In this document: one piece after another, positions 23,251 to 36,215 of the stretch | How positions within the stretch are numbered: position 1 is the stretch's first letter | Layout: each line of letters opens with the position of its first letter | NCBI RefSeq assembly: GCF_006345805.1 | Contig: NW_021833948.1 | Location: forward strand, 1-52,779 | Length of the DNA stretch: 52,779 nt | Direction: 5' to 3' | Source: Octopus sinensis | Lineage: Eukaryota | Program-made: the position numbers and the translations under genes | The notes under the pieces: generated by a model | The model's database searches: none | Seen by the model: the letters and a program-made list of their open reading frames with translations, nothing else | What the model was told of the DNA's origin: nothing

Positions 23251-24519
23251 GGTATTTGTAGAAGTTGATTAGAATTTGCTTGAAGAAGGAAGTGTCTGTT
23301 CTTATTGCTCTCAGTGTTCTCAAACATACAACCTCTTTCGTTATAACCATCACACTGAAGGAACTTATTTGTTTTTCCGACATAGAAAATTAATGCGGTA
23401 GGACTATCTGCACGATAACCTCGGCTGATGGCCGGATCTATCCTACATGCAATAACAGCTATTTGACAAAATACCACAAGTCATCAATGCTCGTATATTA
23501 AACAAATGCGTGTAGAACGATTTCGCTCTCTGCTCGTATCTTGATCACTTCCGATTGATGGTAGTCTCATGCCTGTTGAGTTTGTCCCAAATTGGCAAAG
23601 TATCCCACTAACATTGCCCTTCAGAGATTTCTGGAAGTTTTCCATAGTCATCCAGAATAAACTGCTTAGCAGGTCTTCGTCGAAGGCTAAAAACTCATCG
23701 AGAACGTCATCGCTCTTGTCCATTATTAATCTTTTATAAATTGTATGTATTAACCTTCAACCGACCGAATAACACGAATAGCTAAATAGCTACGACACAG
23801 GAAAACGTTTCAGCTATCGAGCGCTAAATATTAGTATATGCTTGACTGAGCACTGTGAATCTGCCAGAAAGACCAACTATTTGAAGACGCATCTGATAAA
23901 ACGCGACCATAATTTCTCATTAGTAAACTCTGTCGATGCACATCATTAGCCGCATCATACCGACCACTTTGCGTAGAGAGAGTTGGAGCAAGGAGCTAAG
24001 CAACGGACGCTCAAATTTAGTCAGATGCAGCCAGGTCAAAGTATGACGGTGAAATAGTAACCTATAACAGTAGTGACCCTCCAGGGAAAGATTCTTTTTT
24101 ACATCAATTCTGCCCTGGTTCGTCTCCATCTGAAGATTTGGACCGAACCAGACTCTCAAAATCTTTAACCAGTACAGTGACAGGCGCTGACGGACGAGGA
24201 TTTATTTCTCCAGATGCTAAGCTGCAAACCCACAAACTTGTCCACTATAATACATGCTTTTCTTATCTCACATTCCTGCAGCGCAGTGCTGACCATGACG
24301 ATTTCTGATAGTATAAAGGTAATGTCCATTTATACAAAGATGGCTCTGCTGTGTCTCAGCAGAATGTCCATCAACACAGCTGACTTATGATGATGATGAT
24401 GAGGATGATGATGATGATAATGGTGGTGGTGATGGTGAATGATGGTCCCGGCGAGTTTTTCTATTAACCACAAGAGGGAGAATAAGACGATTGAATCTAT
24501 ATAAATATACCACGCAAAT

Positions 24520-24555
24520 TCTTCTGATGAGGGACTAGCGTCCGAAACGTCAAGA
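24520..24555 (+). ncRNA. Minimal type I hammerhead ribozyme motif, intact core
   Basis: TCTT-CTGATGA-G-GGAC TAGC GTCC-GAA-ACGT-C-AAGA: stem I UCUU/AAGA, 4-bp stem II, palindromic stem III ACGU, GUC cleavage triplet. Confidence 0.8.
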
Positions 24556-25399
24556 CTCCCTTTTTTAAGCGTTACACTAATACAGCATTGATTAAAACTT
24601 GTCTGTCTAGTGTTGTCTTTTTTTCTCTTCGTTGCTTAGTTATTACTCAAAAGCGTAGGCATCAAAGCCTAGCGTGGTGTTAAGCCATCCTTTGGCAGGA
24701 AAAGAATATTATTTATTAGTCTAGTATATTAGCATTTATTTATTTATAATATCATTAATATTTACAGTAGTAATATTATTATTTATTTATTTGTTTGTAT
24801 TGGTACATGGGTAGGAATCGTGGTTTTGCCCTTAAGCCGGCTGTATTTGCTTATATATTTATGTCTTTATTTGCTTGTTCGAATGCCAAAATATGAAGCA
24901 CAGACTTAGATATAATAAAAATAGTCTAGACTTATTCTTTCTAATAAATGAAAACCAGATTCTGAGGAAAGTAGTAATTGTTTGCTTCGACCAAAAATAA
25001 TTCAGTAATATTCGTAAATTAGATTCGAATATTCTGGGGAAATATGAGTTCGGATAATGAAAGCAAGGCCGCTCCGTTCTTCAGAGAGAAATAAGGGGAA
25101 AATAATTTTTAAATTGTTATCTTTCCGAAGGTGGGATTTATTTGAAACGTTAGTATTCACGTTCCCCTAAGACATTAGAACATATCCAATTTCGCAAACT
25201 TTTTCCCAGATCGTTGACGCTAATAGATAGATGAATAAAAAGTTCCACACAATCTCTGATTGAGATCAATGATCAAATGTTGTACAATTATTCCATAATT
25301 TTTTTTTTGTGTAGTAGCACTACATTGTCCTTCTTAAAGACAAGGGTTGTAATTTGAGGACGATTGGGCTGTTGCTATTTCCAGCACAATTCGCCAGAT

Positions 25400-26560
25400 A
25401 AAATGCTTTGCGCCATTTCATCCGTCTTAACATTCTGAGTTCAAACTCTACCGAGCTTGACTTTGCTTTTCATCCTTCCGACGTTGTTAAAACAAGTGCC
25501 AGTTGTACACTGGGGTCGATATAGTGGAGGCACATGGCCTAGTGGTTAGAGCAGCGGACTCGCGGTCGGGGGATCGCGGGATCGAATCTCAGACCGGGTG
25601 ATGTGTGTGTTTATGAGTGAAACACCTAAGCTCCACGCAGCTCCGGCAGAAGGTAATGGCAAACTTCTGCTGACTCTTTCGCCACAACTTTCTCTCACTC
25701 TTTCCTCCTGCATCTTGCAGCCCACCTGCGACGGGCCGGCGTCCCGTCCAGGTGGGGAACCTATACACCAAGGAAACCGGGAAACCGGCCCTATGAGCCA
25801 GGCATGGCTCGAGAAGGAACTGGGGTCGATGTAATCGACTCCTCCTCACACTCAAAAATTGCTAGCCCCGTCAAAGATTTCTAACACAATAGATTAAGTT
25901 GGCAGAATCGTTAGAGCAGTGGTAAAATGCTTTGCGGTATTTGTTCTGGCTCTTTACATTTCGAGTTCAAATTACATCGTGGTCAACTTAGCTTTTTCTT
26001 CTTTCGGAGTCGATAAAATAAAATAACAGTCAAGTATTCGGGTCGATGGTAGCAGCTAACGACATCCCTCAAATTTGCTGGCCATGTGTTTATATCAGAT
26101 AGCGAATAGCTGTCAGAATCGATAGGGCGTCGGCGAAAATGCCTTACATTATTTCCTATGACTCCTTTCATTCTGAGTTCAAATCCCTCCGAGGTTAATT
26201 CTATTTTTCATCCTTTCGGGTTCAATGAAATAAAACACCAAACAAGAATTGAGGTCGATGGTAGCGACTAACCCCTTCCCTCAAAATTACTGGCATTACA
26301 CCTAGATAAGAAAGATTTATTTCTGGTACAGTAGACGAGCTGGCAGAATCGTTAGGACGTCGGACAAAATGCTTAGCAGCATTTCGTCTGTCTTTACGTT
26401 CGGAGTTCAAATTCCGCCAAGGTTGACTTTGCCCGTCATCCTCTCAGGGTCGATAAAATAAGTAGCAGTCGAGTACTGGGGTCGATTTAATCGACTAACA
26501 CCTCCCCCCCCCCCAGTTTTCAAGCCCATGTTGGAAACCGCAGGTGCCGGCATGGCTATG
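25400..26560 (+). mobile_element. Cluster of degraded SINE A copies
   Basis: Four head/core matches (GAGTTCAAA..GACTTTGC..TTCATCCTT..GTCGATAAAAT). Confidence 0.75.
25521..25818 (+). mobile_element. SINE family C nested inside a SINE A copy
   Basis: 12-bp TSD ACTGGGGTCGAT (25509-25520 and 25819-25830) derived from the SINE A body. Confidence 0.9.
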
Positions 26561-26928
26561 TGGTTAAGACGCTTGCTTGGCAACAATGTAATTTCAGGCT
26601 CAGTCCCAATACGCGGCACCTTAGGAAATTGTCTTCTACTATAGCCCCGGCGCCGATCAATGCCTTGTGAGTAAATCTGGTAGATTGAAACTGTGCGGAA
26701 GCCTATCGTGTGCACAGGCACAGATACACACATACACACACACAGACACACACACACAGACATACACAACAGACACACACAGACACACACACACACACAT
26801 CTGAACATATACATACATACAAAAATACCCTGTTGATGTTGTTGAAATTCCAATCAATGACCCTTGGATCTAGTTTAGAAACCAGTTCTTTCTCTATTGG
26901 CAAGAAATCTTGAATGAAAATGAATTAT

Positions 26929-26935
<7 letters not shown>
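26545..26935 (+). mobile_element. SINE B-like head joined to a different 3' module
   Basis: B-like 5' half; 26800-26935 matches the reverse complement of 31595-31710. Confidence 0.6.
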
Positions 26936-26960
<25 letters not shown>

Positions 26961-27334
26961 CTCGCAGGTTTGTAAGGGAAATAACTATATAATCATTTTT
27001 AGAGAGTTATAGCCAAAAAATAGCAAAAAATCCATTAAAAATGGAAAACAAATGATGGTAAATTTTTTTAAAAATCGTTGACTCGTCGTAGACATTTTTA
27101 GAGAGTTACTTCCCTTATATAATAGCGAAAAAATGCATTAAAATGGAAAAAAATGATGGTAAATTTTTTTTTAAATCGTAGACTCATCGTAGACGCGCGC
27201 TAATACTCAGAAGGGCTCGATATGAATCACGACTATAAGATACCCGGTTTTGGTTAAACTGCACCGCAAAATGTGGGAGTAGTTAGGAATCTAAATCGTA
27301 GGAGACAGACACACAACTTCTCTTTGATATATAA

Positions 27335-27338
<4 letters not shown>
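26961..27338 (+). mobile_element. Helentron/DINE-1-like element, second copy (5' end lost), within (TA)n
   Basis: Collinear with 18445-18816. Confidence 0.8.
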
Positions 27339-27368
<30 letters not shown>

Positions 27369-27559
27369 CCAAGAAAGTTAGGAGTTGTGAATCCAACCCA
27401 CTAAGGGATGATAATTACTTGCATCCTTATCTTATATGTATAGAATATGCTATATGTATGTTATTATAATTATCAGTTTAATAAATAAATAAGTTAACAT
27501 TTTTAATGTCCTAAAGTTGATGAACCAACTATTGTTCTCCTCCATTTTCTTATTTGCGT

Positions 27560-27691
<132 letters not shown>

Positions 27692-27693
27692 AT

Positions 27694-27991
27694 AAGGAAA
27701 TGAAGAAAATGCTGACAAAATAATTTAAGTAATTTAAGTAATTTAATTAGGTGAAAGTTCTTTTTACCGGTTGCGCATTTGTTATGCTTATCAAAAGATG
27801 TTTTTTTAAGAGAGATAGAGTTCCTTTCTGATAGATTTTTTCCTCAAAATCTATCAGAAATGAACTCTATCTCTCTTAAAAAAACATATTTTGATAAGCA
27901 TAACAAATGCGCAACCGGTAAAAAGAACTTTCACCTAATTAAATTACTTAAATTACTTAAATTATTTTGTCAGCATTTTCTTCATTTCCTT
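27694..27991. repeat. ~298-bp near-perfect palindrome with a degenerate hammerhead-like motif in each arm
   Basis: Arms of ~146 bp with about 2 mismatches around a ~6-nt spacer near 27840-27845; TTGATAA-GCAT AACAA ATGC-GCA-ACCGGT-A. Confidence 0.9.
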
Positions 27992-28031
27992 TTTATATAT
28001 CACAACTCGTGTTCCACATCTCCTTTTTTAA

Positions 28032-28064
<33 letters not shown>

Positions 28065-28384
28065 TTTAACATTTCTTTCTAATTCTCGCTCAGAGCCAAC
28101 AATTTTAGGTGGGAGGAGCAAGTCGATGTCTTCGACCCCAGGAATTAAGGTAGGGCACGTTTTCCAGCACTCTAATGATTGTTCTAGCTTACCTCTAAAG
28201 CTAGAAATTATAGTTACTAATTTTGGCGCAAGGCCAGCAATTTTGAGGAGGTGGGGGTTAGTCGAATACCATCGATACCCCAATACTCGATTGGTGACAG
28301 GCAAAGTCGATCAGTACGAGATTTGAACTCTGAACTTTATGAATCTGAAAAAATGCTGCAAAGCAATTTTTCCCGACCCGCTAA

Positions 28385-28818
28385 TGATTCTTTTCTACTA
28401 AAGGCACACGGCTTGAAATTTTGAGGGGAGGGGCTTGTCGATTACAACGACCCCAGTGTTTGACTGGTACTTAATTTATCAACCCCAAAAGGATGAAAGG
28501 CAAAGTCGACCTCAGCGGAATTTGAATTCGGAATGTAAAGATGGACGAAATACCGCTAAACATTTCTCCCGGCGTGCTAGCGTTTCATATTTCTTTATTG
28601 CCCACAAGGGGCTAAACACAGAAGGGACAAACAAGGACAGACAAAGGGATTAAGTCAATTACATCGACCCCAGTGTTTCACTGGTACTTAATTTATCAGC
28701 CCCGAAAGGATGAAAGGCGAAGTCGACCTCAGCGGAATTTGAACTCAGAACGTAAAGATGGGCGAAATGCCGCTAAGCATTTTTCCCGGTGCGCTAACGA
28801 TTCGGCCAGTTCGCCGCC
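28385..28818 (-). mobile_element. SINE A1-A2 heterodimer
   Basis: The tail AAAGAAAT of a full A1 is joined to an A2 starting at the A box (ATGAAACGCTAGC). Confidence 0.8.
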
Positions 28819-29199
28819 TTATATACATTTAACATTAGCATCTTTAAATTCTGTAATAAAATCTAGCAAAAACAGGGAAAAATAAGGATAATGTATTTTT
28901 AAATCTATATAAAATTTCTCCCTTGAGATCCTTTAATTCTTTACTCTGGAATCCTAGAAACCCCTTCTCCACGTTTTAGTTGCTCGAGCGACCGCACGAA
29001 GGATCCCTTGTTGGCTCGTTTGTCCACTCATTGAGTTAGTTACCATTGCAGGACGGCGAATTAGTGGAATCGTTAGAGCGTGGAACAGAACGTGTCGCGT
29101 TGTTTGTTACGATTCTCTGAACTCTGAGTTCAAATCCCGTTGAAGCCAACTTTGCCTTTCATTCTTTTAGGGGTCAATAAAAATGTATGAATCCAAGAC

Positions 29200-29965
<766 letters not shown>

Positions 29966-30340
29966 GTAAATAAAACACGACATTTTCAGGAAGTAATCTT
30001 AAGTGATGAGACACATTTTTTTCCCTAAAGAAAGGGAAGATAATTTTCAATTTATATTTGGAAACATTTGTTTTATCTGAGTTGTTATAACGAGAAGGAA
30101 ACTGGTTTTGTTCTTCAGGTTTGGTTGAAATCCAGAAACAGAATGAACAATACATTTAACCAAACGACCAACTGTTTAGATACGAGAACCAAAACCGGAA
30201 GTAAGAAATCATTAGCTAAAGCGGAGAGTTCACTTAATGCGAATGTTCTTATTCATAATATATTTCTAAGTACGCGCTATTGACTATTACTGTGTGTATG
30301 TGTGTGTGTGTATGTGTGTGTGTGTATGTGTGTGTGTCTC

Positions 30341-30715
30341 TGTGTGTAGACGTCTGTGTATGAGTGTATGTGACTGAATGCATATATAAGTGTGTATTGG
30401 TTTGTATCACAATGTGTGTCTCTATAAATAGGTGCGTGTATATATGTATATACGTGTACGTGTATATATGTATGTGTGTGTGTGTGCGTTTGTGTCTTTA
30501 TATGTGTGTGTGTATGTGTGTGTGTCTGTGTGTGTAGATGTCTGTGTATGAGTGTATGTGACTGAATGCATATATAAGTGTGTATTGGTTTGTATCACAA
30601 TGTGTGTCTCTATAAATAGGTGCGTGTATATATGTATATACGTGTGCGTGTATATATGTATGTGTGTGTGTGTGCGTTTGTGTCTTTATATGTGTGTGTG
30701 TATGTGTGTGTACAC
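30341..30715 (+). repeat. Tandem duplication of a ~190-bp TG-rich unit
   Basis: TGTGTAGA(C/T)GTCTGTGTATGAGTG..GTGCGTTTGTGTCTTTATATG occurs twice in a row. Confidence 0.9.
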
Positions 30716-30933
30716 GAGTGTAAATGCGTGCACATGTGCATGTATATGCATAAATACACACGCACACACACACATACACACACGCTTACATATATACATA
30801 CACATAAAACATATACATACACACACACACATTCGTACATGCATATGTAGATACATTCATATATGAAGACAAATGTTTCTGTGCAATTTGGAAGCCATAT
30901 TAAGCTCTGTGTTTCTATCGGAATATCAATATA

Positions 30934-31035
30934 CAGTGATACCTCGTAGTACGAGTTTAATTCGTTCTATGACAGAGCTCGTCTTACGATTGACTCGTTT
31001 TACAAGTCAATTTTCCTCATTGAAATTAACTAAAA
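30934..31035 (+). mobile_element. Tigger/pogo-like terminal fragment
   Basis: TA-CAGTGATACCTCGTAGTACGAGTTTAATTCGTTC start. Confidence 0.6.
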
Positions 31036-31041
31036 TATAAT

Positions 31042-31075
<34 letters not shown>

Positions 31076-31089
31076 ATATGTATATGTAT

Positions 31090-31187
<98 letters not shown>

Positions 31188-31194
31188 GTGAATA

Positions 31195-31351
31195 AAAAAA
31201 AAAAGACGAAGACAATAAATAGATGTATTAGTTTAACGCTCGGGAAGCGAAAAAGTCTTTAACGTTTCGAGCCTACTCTCTTCCACAGAAAAGAACATAG
31301 AAAGAAACAAGGAGGGAAGATAAAGAATTAGAAGCTAGCGATCTATCATGG

Positions 31352-31400
<49 letters not shown>

Positions 31401-31560
31401 TTTACGAAAAAACAAAAGACGAAGACAGGTGGTGTACAAAACAAACAGATGTATTAGTATAACGCTCTGGAATAGAAAAAGTCTTTTAGGCTTCGAGCTA
31501 CACAGAAAAAAACAAGGAGAGAAAAAAAATGTGTGTAGTGGCTAACGATCTATCATGGTG
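31195..31560 (-). mobile_element. Two tandem copies of hammerhead-like family H, separated by (TA)n(GA)n
   Basis: 31257-31292 on the minus strand reads CTGTGGAAGAGAGTAGGCTCGAAACGTTAAAG; the second core (~31480-31505) is partly deleted. Confidence 0.7.
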
Positions 31561-32124
31561 TGTATGTATGTATGTATATATGTTTGTATGTATGTCATTA
31601 TTCAGTTTAATTTTAAGATTTCTTGCTAATAAAGACCCGGTTTCTATCCTAGATCCAAGGCTCTCTCATTGAAATTTCAACATCAACAACAGGGTATTTT
31701 TGTATGTATATATGTAAGCGTGCAAATTTGTATGTTTTGTATTATGTATGTCTTCTCATATATATTCTTGCATATCTCACATATGTATGTATGTAAGTAT
31801 GTATGTATGTATGTCTTTGAACTTATATACACTTACACTTCACTTCGTGTGTATTCCTGAATTTATTTTACTGAAGAATTATAAGAACCTCTTTTGTAGT
31901 TAGGAAACAATGGCATTTTAGAACCACTTGTCTATATTTTTCTTCTGAGTTTTTCCCTTTGTCCAAGAACTCCAACGTTTCAAGTTTTGCATTAATATTT
32001 AGCAACATAAGTAGGCAGAGAAGTAATTATAATCACAATTGAGAACCGATAACCAAGAAGAGTTTTCTTCCGATGAGACAATCATGGTATTTTGTAGGGG
32101 TTCGAATGTATTTCACCATTTATC

Positions 32125-32356
32125 TTGTTTCAGTCATTGAATTGTAGCCAAGCTGGAACACCGCCTAGAAGGGTTTCTAGTCGAACAAATCGATCCTTGC
32201 ACGTATTTAAAAATTTTTCTGGTACTTATTCTATCGCACTTCTTTTACCGAACCGCTAAGTTACGGGAATTTTGGCAAGCGGTGGGATTGACAAACACAA
32301 ATATAAAGATATCTAATACACACACAAACACACACATGCATGTATATGTATGCAAG

Positions 32357-32389
<33 letters not shown>

Positions 32390-32829
32390 TATATATATAT
32401 CTATATATATATATTACTTTTTACTCTTTTACTCTTTTACTTGTTTCAGTCATTTGACTGTGGCCATGCTGGAGCACCGCCTTTAGTCGAGCAAATCGAC
32501 CCCACGACTTATTCTTTGTAAGCCTAGTACTTATTCTATCGGTCTCTTTTGCCGAACCGCTAAGTTAAGGGAACATAAACACACCACCGTCGGTTGTCAA
32601 GCGATGTTGGAGAGACAATCACAGACACAAACATATACATACACACACATATATATATATATACATATATACGACGGGCTTCTTTCAATTTCCGTCTACC
32701 AAATCCACTCACGAGGCTTTGGTCGGCCCGAGGCTATAGTAGAAGACACTTGCCTAAGGTGCCACGCAGTGGGACTGAACCCGGAACCATATGGTTGGTA
32801 AGCAAGCTACTTACCACACAGCCACTCCA
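32125..32829 (-). mobile_element. SINE B 3' fragment (32125-32300) and full copy (32414-32829)
   Basis: Reverse-complement match to family B. Confidence 0.85.
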
Positions 32830-33029
32830 GCGACTATGTATGTATGTATGTATGTATGTATGTGAACAAGAATATACAAAAGTGCATACACACATTTATA
32901 TTCCTGAATATGTAGACTAAGGTACGGGAACAGGTTTCTCATTAAACTAGTCTAAATGCGAAAATCAATGCTCACGAACACGCACCTATATTCAAACACG
33001 TCCGAGTCATACGTATACAATTTTACACA

Positions 33030-33053
33030 CACACACACACATAAATATATATA

Positions 33054-33089
<36 letters not shown>

Positions 33090-33090
33090 C

Positions 33091-33139
<49 letters not shown>

Positions 33140-33180
33140 ATAATATATATATATATATTATATATATATATATATATATA

Positions 33181-33226
<46 letters not shown>

Positions 33227-33355
33227 TATATATATAATATATATATACATATATATACATACATATATATATACATATATATATACATATATATATATAC
33301 ATTACTACATACATACAATAAGACGCGCAAACACACACAACACACACACACGCGC
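33030..33355. repeat. Long (TA)n/(CA)n microsatellite
   Basis: Direct reading. Confidence 0.95.
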
Positions 33356-33664
33356 ATACACCTATGACAACATAAGTGGTGTTAATACTCGATATTAAAT
33401 CACCACAGCGATATGGCACATTAACCCGTTATAGCAATATAATTCATAAGATTACCAAGGCTAAGCACTCAATGACCAAAGTCGTTTAAGCTTCAGCCAT
33501 GTTGGCACAAGTTTAGTAGATCCAAACGTGTATAAAAGCCAACACCACATGCTAATAATTTTCAGTAGTACAGTATAAAACAGAAGTTTTGCAATTTGAT
33601 ATCGCTTAGAATATAGTTTTACAGCAATGTCGATTATGGGCCATAAATGTCATAATAAGTCTTT

Positions 33665-34080
33665 CTGTTATATAGGTGCAAGGCGTGAAATTGTATGAAA
33701 TGGGGGCCAGTCGATTGGTAGTTTTTATTTTATTGCCAGCGAAAAGAAGAAAGGCAAATTTAGTCTCGACAGGTATTTGAACTCAGAACGTAAAGCTTGG
33801 AGAAATACTGCTAAACATTTTGTTAGGTATGCTAACGGGTCAGCCAGCTGACCGCCTTTAAATGTCGTAATCCTCCTTGCTGCTATAAGCACAAGGCCTG
33901 GAATTTATGAGGAGGAGGATAGCCGATTACATTGACCCCAGTACTCGATTGGTACTTAATTTATCGACCCCGGAAAGATGAAAAGCAAAAGTCGACCTCG
34001 GTGGAATTTGAACTCAGAACGGACGAAATGTCGCTAGGCGTTTTGCCTGGCGTGCTAACGATTATGCCAGTTCACCGCTT
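33665..34080 (-). mobile_element. Two degraded SINE A2 copies
   Basis: Core and head matches with the AAGGCCTG(G)AATTT tail. Confidence 0.75.
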
Positions 34081-34094
34081 TTTTAAAATTTCGC

Positions 34095-34517
34095 AATAAT
34101 CCTTTCTGCTATAGGCACAAGGCCTGAAATTTGGCGGGAGCGGGCTAGTCGATTTCATCGACCCCAGTGCGTAACTGGTACTGAAAGGATGAAAGGTAAA
34201 GTCGACCCCGGCGGAATTTGAACTCAGAACGTAGCGGCAGACGAAATACTGCTAAGCATTTCGCCCGGCGTGCTAACGATTCTTATCTCTTTACTACCCA
34301 CAATGGGCTAAACATAGAGGAGACAAACAAGGACAGACAAAGGTATTAAGACGATTACATTGACCCCAGTGCGTAACTGGTACTTAATTTATCGACCCCG
34401 AAAGGATGAAAGTCAAAGTTGACCTCGGCGGAATTTGAACTCAGAACGTAACGGCAGACGAAATACTGCTAAGCATTTCGCCCGACGTGCTAACAGTTCT
34501 GCCAGTTCGCCGCCTTC
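34095..34517 (-). mobile_element. SINE A1-A2 heterodimer
   Basis: A1 tail AAAGAGATA joined to A2 at AGAATCGTTAGC. Confidence 0.85.
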
Positions 34518-34913
34518 TTTAAATGTCTTAATAATAGAATGAGAAAAACAGTTTATAATCACACTCCATTACAAATTTGTGGTCACATACAAATAAAAAA
34601 GAAAGAAAAAAAGGAAACAGAATAAGAAATCAGTACCACAGACTATTTATAATATATCACAAGAGTATTATGTATTAACTATTAATACTGATGTTTCTTC
34701 TACCTCGTTACAAGGACTCATTAAATGAATAAAAACGAATCCGTTGGACAATTCAGTCTCTTCTATATTTTATAGTCAAGAACACGTTTAAGCGGCGAAT
34801 AAGCTATCATACCTGTCCGTTTTCTGCCCAAACCATTTTCATAAGTCTATCCTAAATATCCATACCTGTTTTCAGACTATTAGTTAGCTTTGTTTTATAT
34901 GTTCTGAATAATA

Positions 34914-35486
34914 TTGGGTTGTCCGGAAAGTTCGTGCCGATTTTTAAAGGAAAGAAAAAGGTCAATAAATACTTGGCCTTACCCAAGCTTTACCAGGTAC
35001 TCATGAACGACGGATTTTGATAGGTTGAGGCTTTCTGCCAATTCTCGGGTTGTGCAATGTGGGTTTATTCTCAATTAATGACTTGATTTGGTCATCATCT
35101 GTAGTGGATGGTCTGTCTGATCGCTCTTTATCAATAAAGCTACAATCTCCAGCTCGGAACCTAGCGAACCACTTCCGTACAATTCTTTCGGATAAAGAAA
35201 CATCACCGTAAACTGCGCATATTTCTTTGGTTGCTTGTGAGGCATTTTTCCCTTCACGGAAAATGAAAAGCAACAAGTGCCGAAAATGAACTTTATTATC
35301 TTCCATTTTAAAGGGTGACAGAATTAACACAGGTTCTAGGAACATAAAGCTTCTTCCACGAAAAGATAGCTTAAACTGTACTCTAAATGGAGGCGTAGTC
35401 AAATCCTATTTTATGCCTCGATCATGTTCTAAAATAAGTCGAAATGTAAGCTGCTATAAATCGGCACGAACTTTCCGGACAACATA
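34914..35486 (-). mobile_element. Internally deleted mariner element retaining the transposase N-terminal HTH region
   Basis: Same TIRs as 19480-20046; MEDNKVHFRHLLLFIFREGKNASQATKEICAVYG..VRKWFARFRAGD..RPST.. then a frameshift to NPHCTTRELAESL. Confidence 0.95.
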
Positions 35487-35698
35487 ATATAAAGTTATCT
35501 TTTCATAGTCCTAAGTTACTCTCGAAGTTGAAAAAAATTTGTAATGACTATTATACATGAATGGATGCCAGGGAAATATGTCCTGTGTATCATATGTGAT
35601 ACGCAGGACAAGCAAAGGGTTAGAATTGCTTTCGTCTTCTTTTTTTTTTGACTAGACACAAAGACTAATTAAATGTTTAAGAAGGAATATGTGGTAAC

Positions 35699-35756
<58 letters not shown>

Positions 35757-35923
35757 ATATCTTATAGTTAAGAAGATTGTTAAGCGGTGAGAGAGTAAAC
35801 ATAATGTAATAAGCCCCGTCTTAACGGCAAAATAAAAACAAAAACAGCAATTAAAAGTAGAGCTGTAATGAAGAGAATAATCATAAGCATCAGTGATAAT
35901 TCTTTTCAAGAAAGGCAAACGAG

Positions 35924-36215
35924 TAATCATCATCATTGTTCGACCGTGGTCGAGACAATGGAACTTACTATGTTACGCCAGACTTCACGGTCCATCATGG
36001 CATTACGGAGGTCCTGTTGTTGGATGCCTGTATCCCTGGAGATTACATCAGGGTAGGAGAGTGTGCGCCCTCTGGTATCGCGAGCAGATGGCTTCCAGAG
36101 GAGAAGAGTAGAAATTACCTCGTTTTCAGCTCTACAACAATGTCCAGCAAACTTCTACCTTTCACAAGAGATGATACAGATGGTAGTTTCCCATATATTT
36201 GTGAAATTCTAATTG
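35924..36215 (-). mobile_element. 3' end of an RTE/RTE-X-like LINE
   Basis: QIYGKLPSVSSLVKGR / FAGHCCRAENEVISTLLLWKP..RTLSYPDVISRDTG..DLRNAMMDREVWRNIV..* followed by a (TGA)n tail. Confidence 0.85.
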
